This document shows positions 11,449-24,789 of a DNA stretch of 37,537 bases, piece after piece (position 1 is the stretch's first letter; each line of letters opens with the position of its first letter). The translations under genes and the position numbers were made by a program. The stretch is from Octopus bimaculoides (taxonomy: Eukaryota). The stretch is taken from the NCBI RefSeq assembly GCF_001194135.2, contig NC_068985.1, positions 12,476,762 through 12,514,298 on the forward strand, given 5' to 3'. Below the pieces are notes generated by a model. It made no database searches. It was given only the letters and a program-made list of their open reading frames with translations, and was not told the DNA's origin.

Positions 11449-14400
11449 AACTGTTATAGTCCAAGATGCCTCTGCACATCTTATGTCCATGGCCATATGT
11501 TACTGACTCTTTAGCAACTAAATCTCTTTAACCACACCTGGGTCATTTCGTCATCCTCTTCTCCAAATTCATGATGTTCTGAATTCATTTCCCAGAGATT
11601 TTCTATGCAAACATACGTGTAAGAATACTTCATTTCTTTAAGATACTACTCACCCGTACATCTTCCTTCCTTTCCTTTCCCCACTATCTCGTTTTATATA
11701 AATACCCTTCTCTTTTTTGCTCTTTCTCCCTTTCTTTCTTTCTCTCAACTCCCCTTTCTCTCATACACCTAACTCAGAAGCCAACTTACTGTTCTGACCA
11801 TATACGTATTGAAATATTTCCCGGGTCTTATTTTGGGATATTTTAACTGAGAAATGTCTTACGTAACGGATGCATTTGCGGTTAAATATAACGCAGACAT
11901 GAAACGTACGTAGTTAATGATTTTAAAATATCATTATTTTGTTTGACGTCATTAAAGTTTTATATAGAAGTGATTGCCAATATATACGTATATACATACA
12001 CGCACACATGTAGGCAGACGTACATACACACATACATGCATGCATAGTTACATAGATAGTTTATACTATGCTTTAGTCATTATCTTTTCATTATCAATCA
12101 ATGAAAACGAGGATGAAGTTCTTTGGAGAGTAAAAAGAGAGACTATGTGTTCGCCAGGCAGCCTGCCCTGGAGCATAATTTCATCTGCTAATGCAGTGAA
12201 GTTAAACATTTGGGAAGCAATTATCAAACATTCGCTTTTGCATTGTAGTTAGTACATCAAATGTGGCGTGTATAAGAGCATTTATGTATATAATTTACAT
12301 AACACAGTGACTGGTGTGTAAAGAAATCTTAATTCAATAATTCTTTGTGTGTGCAGCATAATACCAGAATCAACTGTAATTGACTAATGATTTGGAGAGG
12401 AATTTTTATTGAGGCCGAAATATTTTATTTAGTGCTGAGTATGTTATTCTTCCACCGACATATTATCAATTATAGTGACATACAATCATTCATGAGTACA
12501 CTTAGTCAGAAAGAAAACATCACAAAAAGAAATATGCACATAGATTCACACATTAGCACGCATGAGTATTAAAATAATGTATGTAGTAAATGAGATAAAT
12601 GATTTGTGTTCATAATCACAGAAGAAATTTGATCAGTATAGTATGATGCCATATCCCGAAGGATGTAATAATTTCTGTCATTATTATATGTCTATATAGC
12701 TGAAAATATGTGCATATTGCAGAGAGTTTTGTATCTATAAATTTGTTTATCTCTATTGTTTGTGCCTGTTACGTAGACCGGCAGGAAACTCGTTTATATA
12801 AACGTGATTAAATTGTAAAATTAGTTGTTGACTGTACAGCCTACGCTATGTCGACATTAAATCTGCAAACTTCCAGTAAATGATAATTTGAATATCAATA
12901 CATCAGACAATGTCGTGGTGATTTGTTTTACATTCTAGGCTATAGTTTCGCTATAATTTAACATAAACCACTGTGGGTTTGCAACACAGTAGAAAAAATA
13001 AAGACTGGGGACCATCGTATTAATAGCCACCATAATATATGCATATTCTGCTTAACACATTGTATTAGATCCAATGTGAGAGTGGCTGTATACAATTAAT
13101 GTCGTGTCATAGGCAAAGAATTCGCTTTCAAATTATTGTTATGAGCTTTTTGCAAATGTTAGTGATATTTGGAGAGCACTGATATATGAAACAATTAGAA
13201 TGAGGAATAGTGTATAATGCATCGCCCCGTATTTTTTTTCATTTGCCTTCGCGGATATGCTGCATACATGTTTCACAGATTTCTAGATCCCTGATCTTGT
13301 ATGAGACATAAATGTAATGAACTGGGGGGTAATACGTCAATCTACACTTTAAATACATAATATTGTATATCTCTGACATAAGCAAAGTATATCAAATATA
13401 TCACAGGTTTGTATGCAGTGCTGAAAATAAAATAAAAAAGCAGAAAATACGTTACATTCTAGAAGATTGGAAAAACTACGCCCCTGCCCACATGTTTTCT
13501 TTATTTCTAGACACGTCGATGAGATTTAGTTATTTTCTTAATTTGTGTCGACAAACTTAGCTTAATTGTGCACACACAGTTATGTCCTGAATCTTCCAAG
13601 CATAATTTTGATAAATCTAAAGGTGTCCGTTTCGTACTCAACATGATGTGTCCATTCATTTTCCAACCGCTCTCTCAAGCAACATTCAGCTAAGAAAATA
13701 CTGTTCTTTTATAAATCAATATAATCAGGAAGCACCATATTTCGTATGTGTCTCAAAATTAGACAGCTAGACCAAGAGTATCCAATTTGCTACCAAAAGA
13801 AAAAACAAAAGCATTCATTTACTAAACAATATTGCTTGGTTACTTTTGTTTGTGCAATTGTACAATCACTTGAAATTACGACAAGGACATATTAGTGTTT
13901 CTTGTATCCACAATACAGAAACTAATCTATGAAGAAGAGTAAACATAACTGAATTATACCGCATATGGATACTATTTTGACAAACATAGTGACCGAACGT
14001 GGATGCTGTTGAGCATTAATACATATTTCAACACGGCTTTGTTTCTGTCCGTAATATAATCTTCTGTATTTAGTCGTCCTTCCCATTACACGGAGTTTTA
14101 AAAATCTGCTGTAAACCAATTGCTTCAGCGTACATAATCATGACAACACACAAATATCGCACTGTTAATATAGTAAATTTCAACACTATTACAGCTATTC
14201 CGTAGATGTATGTTACCTTACTAACTGTTTATAGTTTAACTAATGAATGATTTGCTGTCTATCTGAATGTCGTCAGAGACTATGATATACTCAGAACATT
14301 GGCAACTTAGGAGTCATCAGACACTTTGATGAACTCAGAATATGAGCAACGGAGGACGCGTATGACATATAGCTAGTGGACTGCGTTTCTGATACAGTAT

Positions 14401-15399
14401 ATCTCCATCAGGTTGAGGATAATGCAGGATGTATATGAATTCGGTGTTCAAATAAATTTTGCACAATATGGCGGTCTGAGAAGTGTGGAGACACACATCT
14501 CTCCGGTACTCTCTAGGTCAAATTTTTATGCGAGATTAAGCTCTTATTGACCAAACGTATGGGCAAAGTATTTGCAAACCATGATCATCCCCAACTTTAT
14601 TAAACAATTTATATGTAAGATTGCATTATCCAACACATCATTTCATTTTGTGACTTTGAGAAAACGCCATTTGAAAATGATGGCAAGTTATTTTTTGCAG
14701 GTTCACTGATTATGTGCAGAATTCTTCCTTATCCCTCTATACATAATTGTGTATTGAGTTGCAAACCATAATGTAGGCGTTATTAGAAAAGTAATTAACA
14801 TGTTACTATCCCCAAACTATAAAATCCGTCTTGATATTCGGTCACGGAAAATGCTACGAAAAGAACCCATATGACAAAACACTACGCAAAGGAATTTTCG
14901 GTTACTATCAACGAACACTAACGAATAGATTGAGTAAATGTTGCATATCATAACTGAATGTTCTTTCAGTTACAAGGTTTGGAAATTTCGTAATTCTTAT
15001 TCAAATAATACATTCGTTTAATAATTCAGTTAGAAAGTTGCACTCACATATTTAAAATTTCCATATTTATTTTTTTCCCGTTTCCATAATGAATTTCACT
15101 TTAATGTTAAATCAATAGTCTTTGAAGCAACAATTTTTAAACTATAAAGCAATAACTTTTTTTTTTAATTGTGCAGTTGGCACAAAAACAAACAAGAGGT
15201 ACACACATATACCAACAAATTCATACAGACAAGTGAACAAACTTGTTTTTCCAAACATGGTTTGCGTGAAGTATTTGAGGACGTATGTTAATAATTCAAT
15301 AAAACAACTCTAAACTAAAAAAAAAAATTCTTTTAATAAACTTTCGTGCACGTGTTCTCGATAAGCTTTGTTATAACGTTATATTGAATCTAATTCCAG

Positions 15400-15960
15400 G
15401 TTCGAGTTATTGAGCCCTAATTCTAACACCCAGTGGAAAAAGATACGATGATGTACCATAACGTTCGATACTCATCGCTTCTAAAAACCATCGTAGTTGT
15501 TATGGAATTAGTGTAAGTCACTGTAAAAGATTTGTTCATAACCATTTGTCATTTTTGTTTTAGGGTATTTCCATTATCAGAAAATTTTTCTCATCAATGA
15601 AGAACAGAATCGCGCCATCTTCGTAAAGATTTTTGTTTCTTTTCCATTGTTAGGTAAACAGTTGACAGTTCTGTGCCATTGCGAACAGGAATTCGCCTCT
15701 CCCCACTACAAAGGACTTGTTTCGAATATCTTTATGCACCACAGTTCTGATAGTCTTCTCTGATATCCGATGTTCTTTGACGATGGCCACCTTTGATTTT
15801 CCGATATCATCATCGTTGGCTTATTGCAGTGTTTTTATAGTCTTAAAACATTTGGAATGTTTATTCGTCTTTCACAGATTTGAACCATACCTCTCCCCCA
15901 CCGGAGGATTCCATTTTGCGAAATTTGACTGGCATACAGTGATCGGCCATCTCCCACTAA
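15400..15960 (-). mobile_element. Decayed Tc1/mariner transposase of the maT/DD37D-like group
   Basis: Minus strand translates GKSKVAIVKEHRISEKTIRTVVHKDIRNKSFVVGRGEFL...ILFFIDEKNF...NKNDKW, matching the SEKTIR..VH.DI / FSDEKNF / NRRNDRW pattern. Stops and frameshifts present. Confidence 0.7.
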
Positions 15961-16599
15961 TGATTTCTAGTAGAATGAAATGAGATGATATGGGAATTCC
16001 CGCGCACAACACAGAAGATTCTGTGTGTTTGTCTTTTGAAGGAAGAGCTTATACGAGGGTGTATTTCAATACTAATAACGCAGTGTAAGATATTCTAACA
16101 CGGCATCTATGTTAAGTTCGAGGAAACGATTTTTCTTTTGCTATTAATACCGTTTAATACTGTTTCTGTCGGTAATAAAAATGCGTATATGTGTGGGTGT
16201 GTATGTGTATGGCTGTGTGTGTCTGTCTGTATGTAATACGCCCACATTAACCATACTATGTAAATAATATGGACACAATTTCATAGTCACATCATTAAGC
16301 TAGAGGAAAATTGCGGATGTGACTGTCTCAGTCGTTGTTGTACGTCATGTTGTCTGTTAATCCATTTTACTTGTGTAGCCACCAGCAGCGTGAAAGAATT
16401 TACTTGCTTTTGGACACAATGTCTTTCTCGGTTCAGTAATGACACATAATGGATCATGAACCTTATGAAATGGCACTCTACGTACATTCACGCAGACATA
16501 CATGCTAATCCTCATTAACCTACTAGTGCTAACTAATGCATACGCATACATATATGGCGATTGCCGACTGTCTTATTTTTTAATACAACATCTACTCAG

Positions 16600-17560
16600 A
16601 GACTTACATGTTATACGTAATATTTTCCCACAATGAAATACGACAAACCAGCTTTTCTGTGATTATCATATTCGCTATATGTATTTCATTCAGCAGACTT
16701 GGCAACAAGCATTTTGTCCAATCAGACAGATATGTTTCGATCAATGGAAGACTAAATCGTAACTACTATTTGAGGCTGGCTTGTGTTGAAAGTTCAAAAG
16801 ATCTATCTTATTTGAAATATAATAAGTACTTTTGTTGCAGATTGTTATATACCCATTATTAACACAGGAAATTTTATGTCATCTCCTGACATCGTGTTAA
16901 ATAGGCAACTAAATTTCAAAAATAAAAAAAAAGAGAATCGTCATTTCCCCCTATTCCGCTGGTTTTCAAATTTTATATTTGATCTTTTATAGACATTAGT
17001 ACCTATTTACAATTTGTTGACAAGTAATAATCCCCCAACAGGTCTTAATATATTTTGCATCAAACTTTTGGTACTGTCCAGAATCTCTAAACATACATTC
17101 TGGCATATTGATAGTCTATGTTTCTGATTTTCTTTACTGTGTATTATTCTCATTTAAATCACCATCAAGTAACAAAGATCAGCTCAAAATTGGACCAGTT
17201 TGTATTCCTATAGGAATTTTAATTAAATTAAATAATTGAATTGGTTATCTCATATCTGGAAAATTTATGAACAATAACACTTCCAGGCTATATCTAAGGT
17301 AGTGCGACTATTGAATAAAATGAGTTGGAAACAAATGACGCAATTGTTTTTAGCAATTTAGTTGAATAGTCCAGTAAACTATTAGGATTCTGGTAAGCAA
17401 TGTCCATTCCTCTATATCCTTTAAAAGATTGCAATCATAATGGTGGTGGCTAATACAAACTGTAGAACAACGGACAAAACTGTAAACAGTATTTATATCT
17501 TTGCGTTATGTAGCTCAATTATTAGGAGAAATATCGGTTTTCTTATTGCTTTTCAATTCA
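16600..17560 (-). mobile_element. Decayed Penelope-like reverse-transcriptase remnant
   Basis: Collinear degenerate motifs: KTIASFVSNSFYS (cf. SI.TFDFSTLYT), IPIG(T)NW (cf. IPMGTNCAP), KIY*DLL (cf. RYIDDLL) and NKIDLLNF (cf. DKRDDFNF). Many stops. Confidence 0.5.
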
Positions 17561-18963
17561 CTGGCGGCGATTGAATGAGCAATAAGAAAATGTCATGAAC
17601 CGATTTCATTTAAAAAAAATATATATTCCGGATTAGATATCTGTCTATTCTATTTTGAAGATGAAAATATTCTTCATTTTAAAATCTATTTAAAATGACT
17701 GAAGTCTGGCCTCCATTTTTTTGAAAAAGGATTTGTATTTACTCTTTTCAAAACATCACAATTAAATAGTTTTCTGGCATTTCTTCTACCAAAATGATTA
17801 TGGGGTGATATCATAGATACCACAAACCATATTCAAAACAACAATATATTTCCTATAACACTTGCCTTGAGTATTCAAACATATATCTCATTATTTTGAA
17901 GACGAAAAAATGCGATGCTACGAAAGTGGTGATCCCCGATGTTTTTATCACTGAAAATACTACGGTGTAAAAATGCCTCTGGAAACCTCATTAAATATCC
18001 ATACATTTCACATAACTATGTCGGTCTCCTTAACTCTCACTTCCGATTCTGTATTGGCTTTACTCCTGTTAAATCAGTTGAGGGACTTTCTGTTCGTGTA
18101 ATTACACAGTGCTGGTCACATTACTCTGTCGTTAATAAGTGTTTCCTGGTTTGGTTATCAGTATCTCTTCTTTACTTACTTCTGCACTTCCCATCGTTAT
18201 GTTCTTCACCTCTGCTGGTTTTTATTGTGGTTCACATGATTACAGCTAACGACGCCAAAGCAGAACATCGAGATTAGAATCCAGCAAACTCGTAACAATT
18301 GCAATAAAGCACATATATCTTAGGTTTTTATCGTTCGTATGTTTCGTAATATAAGAGCATGCGAATGTTTGGTTCCGTCTCTAACAATCGGCCTATGTAT
18401 CTCTTTACATGAGAATCCAAGTATTTGTATGTATCTGCATACCTGTCGACTTAACTATCTACAGATCACTTTCTGTGACTATCGTTTTATCAATCTATAT
18501 TTCAATCACTTTCTCCTCCCACACTCTCTATCTCTCTACTCCTCTCTTCTCTATGTTTCTCCCCACAGGCATATCTACCGATATAACTACCGAAGTGCCT
18601 TTTGACTTATCTATATACATTCTGCACGTTCTCTGCGTTTGTTTCTCCTTACCCTTCTACATACATGCATTTACGTGCATGGGTGTGTATGAACCCAAAA
18701 CAGGCAAAATTCAAATGCATCTCCATGGTTCAGTGCTATATTTTAAAACACGATATGCGAGAGCTATTGTTTTTGCTTTCAGACTGTCATTTTACACGGC
18801 TCTATTGAGAAATAAATGACAAACGAATGTAACAATGTTCTATGTACTGCTCGTTGGTTTCCCTGTCACTTCTATGAATGAATTTCATTACTAACGACAC
18901 AAAGCCTTAGTTCATGTTACTTGAGAAAGAATACACCTGCAAAATATCATCATAAAGCTCTAT

Positions 18964-19157
18964 AGCTGTGTAGTTGGTCAACAAACACCGTTCGACCTCC
19001 AATAGTGTATTTTAGATGTCTTGCATTCCGTCGAGGTCGACTTTAATCCGCTCGAAGTTGATGAAGTACCAGTTGCGCACTGGGATTGATGTAATCGACT
19101 ATCCATCCCAACCCCCACAACCACAAATAATCTGGCCTTTTGCCTATTAGAGAAAGG
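18964..19157 (+). mobile_element. SINE family A core and tail fragment
   Basis: TTCCGTCGAGGTCGACTTT...AAGTACCAGTTGCGCACTGGGATTGATGTAATCGACT...GGCCTTTTGCCTATTAGAGAAAG. Confidence 0.7.
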
Positions 19158-19339
19158 ATTTATTGAGTCCGGTCATGCAATTACTTATCTTGAGGCTGTT
19201 TTGTCCGAGCTCAAATCTCGTCAGACTACCTAGGATGAAAGACAGACCAGTCTTGAACAGCAACGACTTTCTCTCGGACAGCATACCACTAGAACGGTGT
19301 GGCAGCGATGCCGTTATTGTTGTTGATATTTAGTGATGT

Positions 19340-19535
19340 GTTACCACGCCAAACAAAACGCTTGCGGAGTTTCGTCCACCCTTAAGTTCTGAGTTCAAAC
19401 TCCGCCGAGGTTGATTTTGCTTTTCGTCCTTTGGGAGCCGATAAAATAAGTACCACTTGAGCACTGGGGACGATATAATCGACTTATTCCCCTCCCCGAA
19501 ATTGCTGGGCTTGTGCCAAAATTTGAAACCGATAT
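19340..19535 (+). mobile_element. SINE family A monomer
   Basis: GTTCTGAGTTCAAACTCCGCCGAGGTTGATTTTGCTTTTCGTCC...GATAAAATAAGTACC...ATAATCGACTT...GTGCCAAAATTTGAAACC. Confidence 0.85.
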
Positions 19536-20192
19536 TTAGGGATGTGAATTTATATTGGCACCGTGGACGTTTCTAATGTCGCCATTGTTGTTTTATTCGT
19601 TGTTGCAATTCTTCAATTATTATTATTAGTGTTGAAAATATAAACTTTAATGTCTTTCTCGCTATATCTTGTGAATTTGTCAACACCCTTACTGACTTTG
19701 GGGAGGATGGAGGTGGGACTGGGTGTGTGGGATGGAGGGTGTAAATTTATCAGCTCCACTCTTCATGTTATTAATCTTGCTATCGCTGTTGATATTTCGC
19801 AACGTGGATCTGCCATCACTAATCTTGAAGTTAATTTTATTTTTCTTGTTATTTGGTGTTGTGACTTAGTCATTTCCACTATTGATATTACGACTGCCTA
19901 TGTTCTGAATTGCGTTTCATTTGTCAGCGATTCGATTTAACACATAAAATGAAGGACATCAGGACGATGGAATCGCAAGCTGTATAGAGCATTCGATGGG
20001 ATGAATTGTTGTGAACGGTCTTGCATTTTGAGTTCGTACAGACACAATTGCAATGCAATGGATGGTAAGTTTCCAGGTTTTTCTTTTGCTCTCTTGCTTT
20101 ATAAACAAGCACGCCAAAAGTGCGTCTGAGATTTTGATTTTATTTATATACATACATGCATACATGCATACATACATACACACACACACACA

Positions 20193-20240
<48 letters not shown>

Positions 20241-20394
20241 AGATCCAGGGATTGAGAACTTTCAGTGACAATAGTGGTTTATTAAGAGGGAAGGCTGTGG
20301 AGATTTTCGTATCAAAAGAAGATAAACTAATAAAAAAGTTCTTTTTATATTTGACGGTAGGCAACCAGGGTTGCCGGGTGTGTTAATAAGAATA

Positions 20395-20621
20395 CAAGAG
20401 TTAAGCAATAGAATAGATAGGATCCGAGCGGGACCTCAGAAGTGGTAAATGTCCAAGGGGTAAATAACGCAGGGCACTCTTCCGGCCAGGGATATCTTGA
20501 GTAAAATCGCTTGGATACACATCACCTGGATATACCTCACTTGGATATTTACCACTTCTGACGTTGCGCTCGCTATGTAACATTTGTAGCCCGGTGCTTA
20601 TCTCCTCCATTCCTTAACTCT

Positions 20622-20623
<2 letters not shown>
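20395..20623. mobile_element. 229-bp foldback MITE with TA target-site duplication
   Basis: Ends are TA|CAAGAGTTAAG ... CTTAACTCTTG|TA. Inner inverted arms 20436-20457 and 20540-20561 match 21/22. About 15-bp subterminal tandem units are present, and the right end abuts (TA)n. Confidence 0.8.
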
Positions 20624-20692
<69 letters not shown>

Positions 20693-21020
20693 GTATTATG
20701 TATATATGTATGTATGTGCGTATGCAATGTATGTATATGCATACCTACTAAGCCCGCCTGCAGATTTTCAACCCAGGCTGAATCGAAACAGGTTCAGTAG
20801 CCTAAAACATGCAAAGGAATACATAGGGAATATGAGGAGGATTTTAATGATAAAAAGGTAGACATATCGTACTGATAGTGTGAATGTCGTCTGTTGATAG
20901 AGTCATGTCTATTAACATCATTCATGTTTCTTTTTAGCGACTCAGTTTGCAATGGTTTAAACGTTCGAAAATACTTAATCACCAAACTTACAGACACTAA
21001 CATACAAGCAAACACACCGG

Positions 21021-21028
21021 CACACACA

Positions 21029-21106
<78 letters not shown>
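21021..21106. repeat. (AC)n microsatellite
   Basis: Direct reading. Confidence 0.97.
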
Positions 21107-21110
<4 letters not shown>

Positions 21111-21180
21111 AAATTATATACACTTGTAAACAAGCATACCAAGCGATTACAAAAGGACATATGCTTGTAGTTCGTGTCAT

Positions 21181-21604
21181 TATATAGGCACAAGGCATGA
21201 AATTTTGGGGGAGGTGGCCAGTCGATTAGATTGACACTAGTACGCAACTGGTACTTAATTCATCGATCCAGAGACGATGAAAGCGCAAAGTCGACCTCGG
21301 CGGAATTTGAACTCATAACATAAAGACAGACAAAATACCGCTAAGCATTTCGCCCGGTGTGCTAACGTTTCTTATTTCTTTATTGCGCACACGGAGCTAA
21401 ACATAGAGAAGACAAACAAGGACAGACAAAGGGATCAAGTCGATTATATCGACCCCTGTGCGTAACTGGTACTTAATGTATCGACCCAGAGTGGATGAAA
21501 GGCAAAGTCGACCTCGGCGGAATTTCGAACTCAGAACGTAAAGACGGACGAAATACCGCTAAACATTTCGTCCGGCGTGCTAATCCTCCTACCAGCTCTC
21601 CACC
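21181..21604 (-). mobile_element. Dimeric SINE family A (left monomer 21604-21373, right monomer 21372-21181)
   Basis: Two head-to-tail copies of the GTTCAAATTCCGCCGAGGTCGACTTTGC core, joined by a pyrimidine-rich linker ending CAATAAAGAAATA. Confidence 0.9.
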
Positions 21605-23309
21605 ATGCGTTTTAGTAAACTTAATATTCCTGAAGGCACCAATGGCATTATCACTGCAGCACATTTCAATTTGTTCTTATGAAAGGTACCGATGAAATTT
21701 TGTAAATCTATTTTCCATGGCAACTTCCTCATATCATGAATTACTTAACACGTCAGGAACCATTTGCAAACTTGTAACTCTTCCTATACTCAAACATTAT
21801 ACAGCACGTAGATTGGGGCCAAAATCAATACAATAGGCATTTAACCTTAGCTCCTATTGTAAATTCCATCTCGGTCAGCCTTACTGAAATGTGATTTAAT
21901 TGTTGACAAATATCGGCAACAACGCCGTCTTTATTGTGTAGTTACCTATTATATAAAGTTTGCTTGTTCATATTTTCCATCATTCAGTGCGACCACAAAT
22001 ACTGCCATTAATGAATACATTCATCATAATTATTATATGGATTCAGTAATACATAAATGAATAAATCTTGCAATATGTTCTTGCTGAAATAAAACTCTCG
22101 TTCATTATGCAACTCATAATTTCACAACTACTGTTAATTTAATGAATCTTCCTAATTCATATCGTGTCTATTTCATTCATCCCCTAACAATAATACATCA
22201 GAACATATTACTCCATCACACCTTCATATTTCATAGCCGTCTACATAACCAATTTATCAACTGTTCTAAATTCGAATATAACGTATCGATTGCTTAAGTT
22301 GAATAATGATATTAACAGTTACATATTGCCTGATCTTCAATATGCCGACCTAATGATGATCAAAGTATTGTCGAGCTGTTTCCTTTTGCTGTCGCTACAT
22401 TATCCTTAAGCCAAGATATTTGACTCATAATAAATCAATCTTCCTCGCTATAGAGGTGTCCTTTGTGTGAATATATAAGTGCTATTATATCAGTTTAAAT
22501 ACTGACTGGTATATAGCAGAATCTCTTCGTGGAGAACTACAAAAATATTCAATGGAGTTTCGTAAAAAAATAATGGGTTTTGTTACTTTCATAACCTCGT
22601 CCACCAATAACTCCAGGGATCAAAAATAAAATAGAAAGAAAATCAAATGTCATCAAATGTTATATTAGGATCAAGTATGACATGTGCGCAATGTCGCCTC
22701 CTCCCCGTTGTATATGGTAAATAAATTCTCTTAAATCTCATTCAACTGTCTAAGGAAATATATTACACGTGGACCCATGCAGTTATTAATGTACAGAAAG
22801 TGTAAGACTTGAAAGTTTTATACACTGGCCAGCTCAATCGGACAGACGTCTATGAGAAGCTAACGAAAGATTTTCTAGTTGCTCACACCAGGTGTTGGAA
22901 ACAGCTAGCACCCTCATGTAAATCAGACTGTTTAATCGGAACATGCACACACTTGTCTTATATCCTTTATAACTATATAATGACAGGAGAATAGTGACCG
23001 GAAATTCATTAAACAAAGTTATGCTAGGTTTAAAACACACTAGGTCTAAGCCACAATAATACGTTCTCGATATTCTGTATGACAATGTCGTCTATATAAA
23101 GGTGTTTGGATTGTTGTATTTTTACATGTAACTTTCGTAATATTTTCTTATATTTTTACTTTGAATCTCCTTTCAACATAATGTAGTATATATGAAAGGA
23201 TACTACTTATACTTTTGAAGTAACACATATGTGTAATAAAATTGCTAGCAGGTGATCGAATCATAAGATTGCACCGCCCATATACTGTAATGTTTCCTTC
23301 CTAAACGTA

Positions 23310-24584
23310 TCAGGTCATTAAGAATGAAATGTCCGATTTTGAAATGACAGTTTAATTTATCTCAACAAAAAGCAATGCAGCTAATCAAAGTATGCACCTA
23401 AATTATCAATGCAATTCTGCCATTTTTCGGTAGCTAATTTATGCAGCAAAGAATCCTGGAGAGCAAAAGGTGATGAATTCACGAAAGGCTGTTTTTGCAT
23501 CTTCTTCAAATTTGAAGTGTTTTTCCTTGCAAAAAGTTGTCTGACAGCTTCAAAACGTGATAGTCAGTTGGTGCAAGGTCTAATGAATATGATGGATGAC
23601 AGAGTAGTTCCAAGTTCAGTTCCTGTAACTTGAGTAGCGTTCTTTGTGCAACATGTGGTCGAGCATTGTCTTGCGAGAAATGGCCTGTCTCTATTGACTA
23701 ATCTCGGTTGTTTAATTGCAGGTTGACTCATCATTTCATCCAATTGGTTGAAGTATACATCCGCTGTAATTGTTTTAGCAGGTCCCATGAAGCTGTAGTG
23801 GATGAGACCAGCGATGGACCACCAAACAGACGCGATTAGCTTTTTTTTGGTGAATATTCTTTTTTTGGATTGTGTTTTGGCAATTTGTCTCTATTCAACC
23901 ACCGTGCAGAACGCTTGCTATAGTTGAAAAGAATCCATTTTACATCACACGAAATGATACTATGCAAAAATGGCGCTTGCTTTTATGCCGTGACAGCGAA
24001 GACAAGCAAGTTTAAAGGTGACGTGACATTTGATGCTCGTTCAGTTCGTGTGGTACCGAATTGTCCAGATTCTTTACCCCGCCGATTTGTTTCAGATGGT
24101 CTAATACAGTTGGAATCGAAACATCAAACTTTACTGCTAACTCACGTGCAGTTTGAGATATATCCGCTTCCACTACAGTTACCAGCTCCTCATCATCTAC
24201 CTTCGTCTCAGGTCTACCACGGGGCTGATTTTCACGAGTAAAGTTACCAGACCGGGACTTCTCAAATCATCGATGTATAATGCGTTCATTTGCAACATGT
24301 TCACCAATTTACCTCATTTATGGTTCGAGCTATCTGGGATGCATTTGTTCCACATGCGAACTCATATTCATATACAACAGGAAGTTTTGTACTATCCATG
24401 GGTTCACAAAAAATCATTTATAAGAGAACACTCACAATATAATCAGACACCATGAATTGCATTTCGAAAGTGTTAATGTACCTCTTCAATGTTGTAAACA
24501 AAGAATTGACAGGATAAAACATTGGAGTTAACGGCTGTCAAACTCGCATAAGAAAAATCTGACATTTCATTGTTAATGAGCTGA
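23310..24584 (-). mobile_element. Full-length (1275 bp) decayed mariner element with TIRs and TA TSD
   Basis: Left TIR TCAGGTCATTAAGAATGAAATGTCCGATTTT (23310-23340) matches the reverse complement of the right end (to 24584) with 3 mismatches in 31 nt. TA is present at 23308-9 and 24585-6. Confidence 0.95.
23381..24399 (-). pseudogene. Mariner (D,D34D-type) transposase pseudogene
   Basis: MDSTKLPVVYEYEFACGTNASQIAR... IISCDVKW ... QDNARPHVAQ ... HPSYSLDLAPTDYH ... GAYFD*. Interrupted by frameshifts and stops. Confidence 0.92.
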
Positions 24585-24789
24585 TAAAGTAATGGATATT
24601 TAATGAGACGTAAGTATTTGAAAATTTATCATATTCAACGTTAAATAATCATATTTTTAACGTCAGCACATTTAGCAGTAAAGAGTAACTCTAAATCATT
24701 AATACATGAAAATATAGATATGACTTTTTTTAAGTAGGAGTGACATGTTTTTTTTTGTTAATATTACACACTCTATCTTCAATAGATAA

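Noticed and set aside
12154-12203. Two adjacent hairpins, one near a CAGTGA motif
   Set aside because: Geometry fits neither an iron-responsive element nor a SECIS, and short stems are expected by chance.
14270-14390. Possible type II hammerhead (GAAACGC...GCGTC...CTGATGA) on the minus strand
   Set aside because: Helices I and II cannot form next to the core.
19650-19940. 96-aa plus ORF and an Asn-rich minus frame
   Set aside because: Low-complexity decayed trinucleotide sequence with an in-frame stop on the minus strand and no convincing splice sites.
19929-20070. Strong donor GATG|GTAAGT near 20066 with an upstream acceptor
   Set aside because: All frames from the best acceptor contain stops. 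A non-coding exon cannot be excluded but is unsupported.
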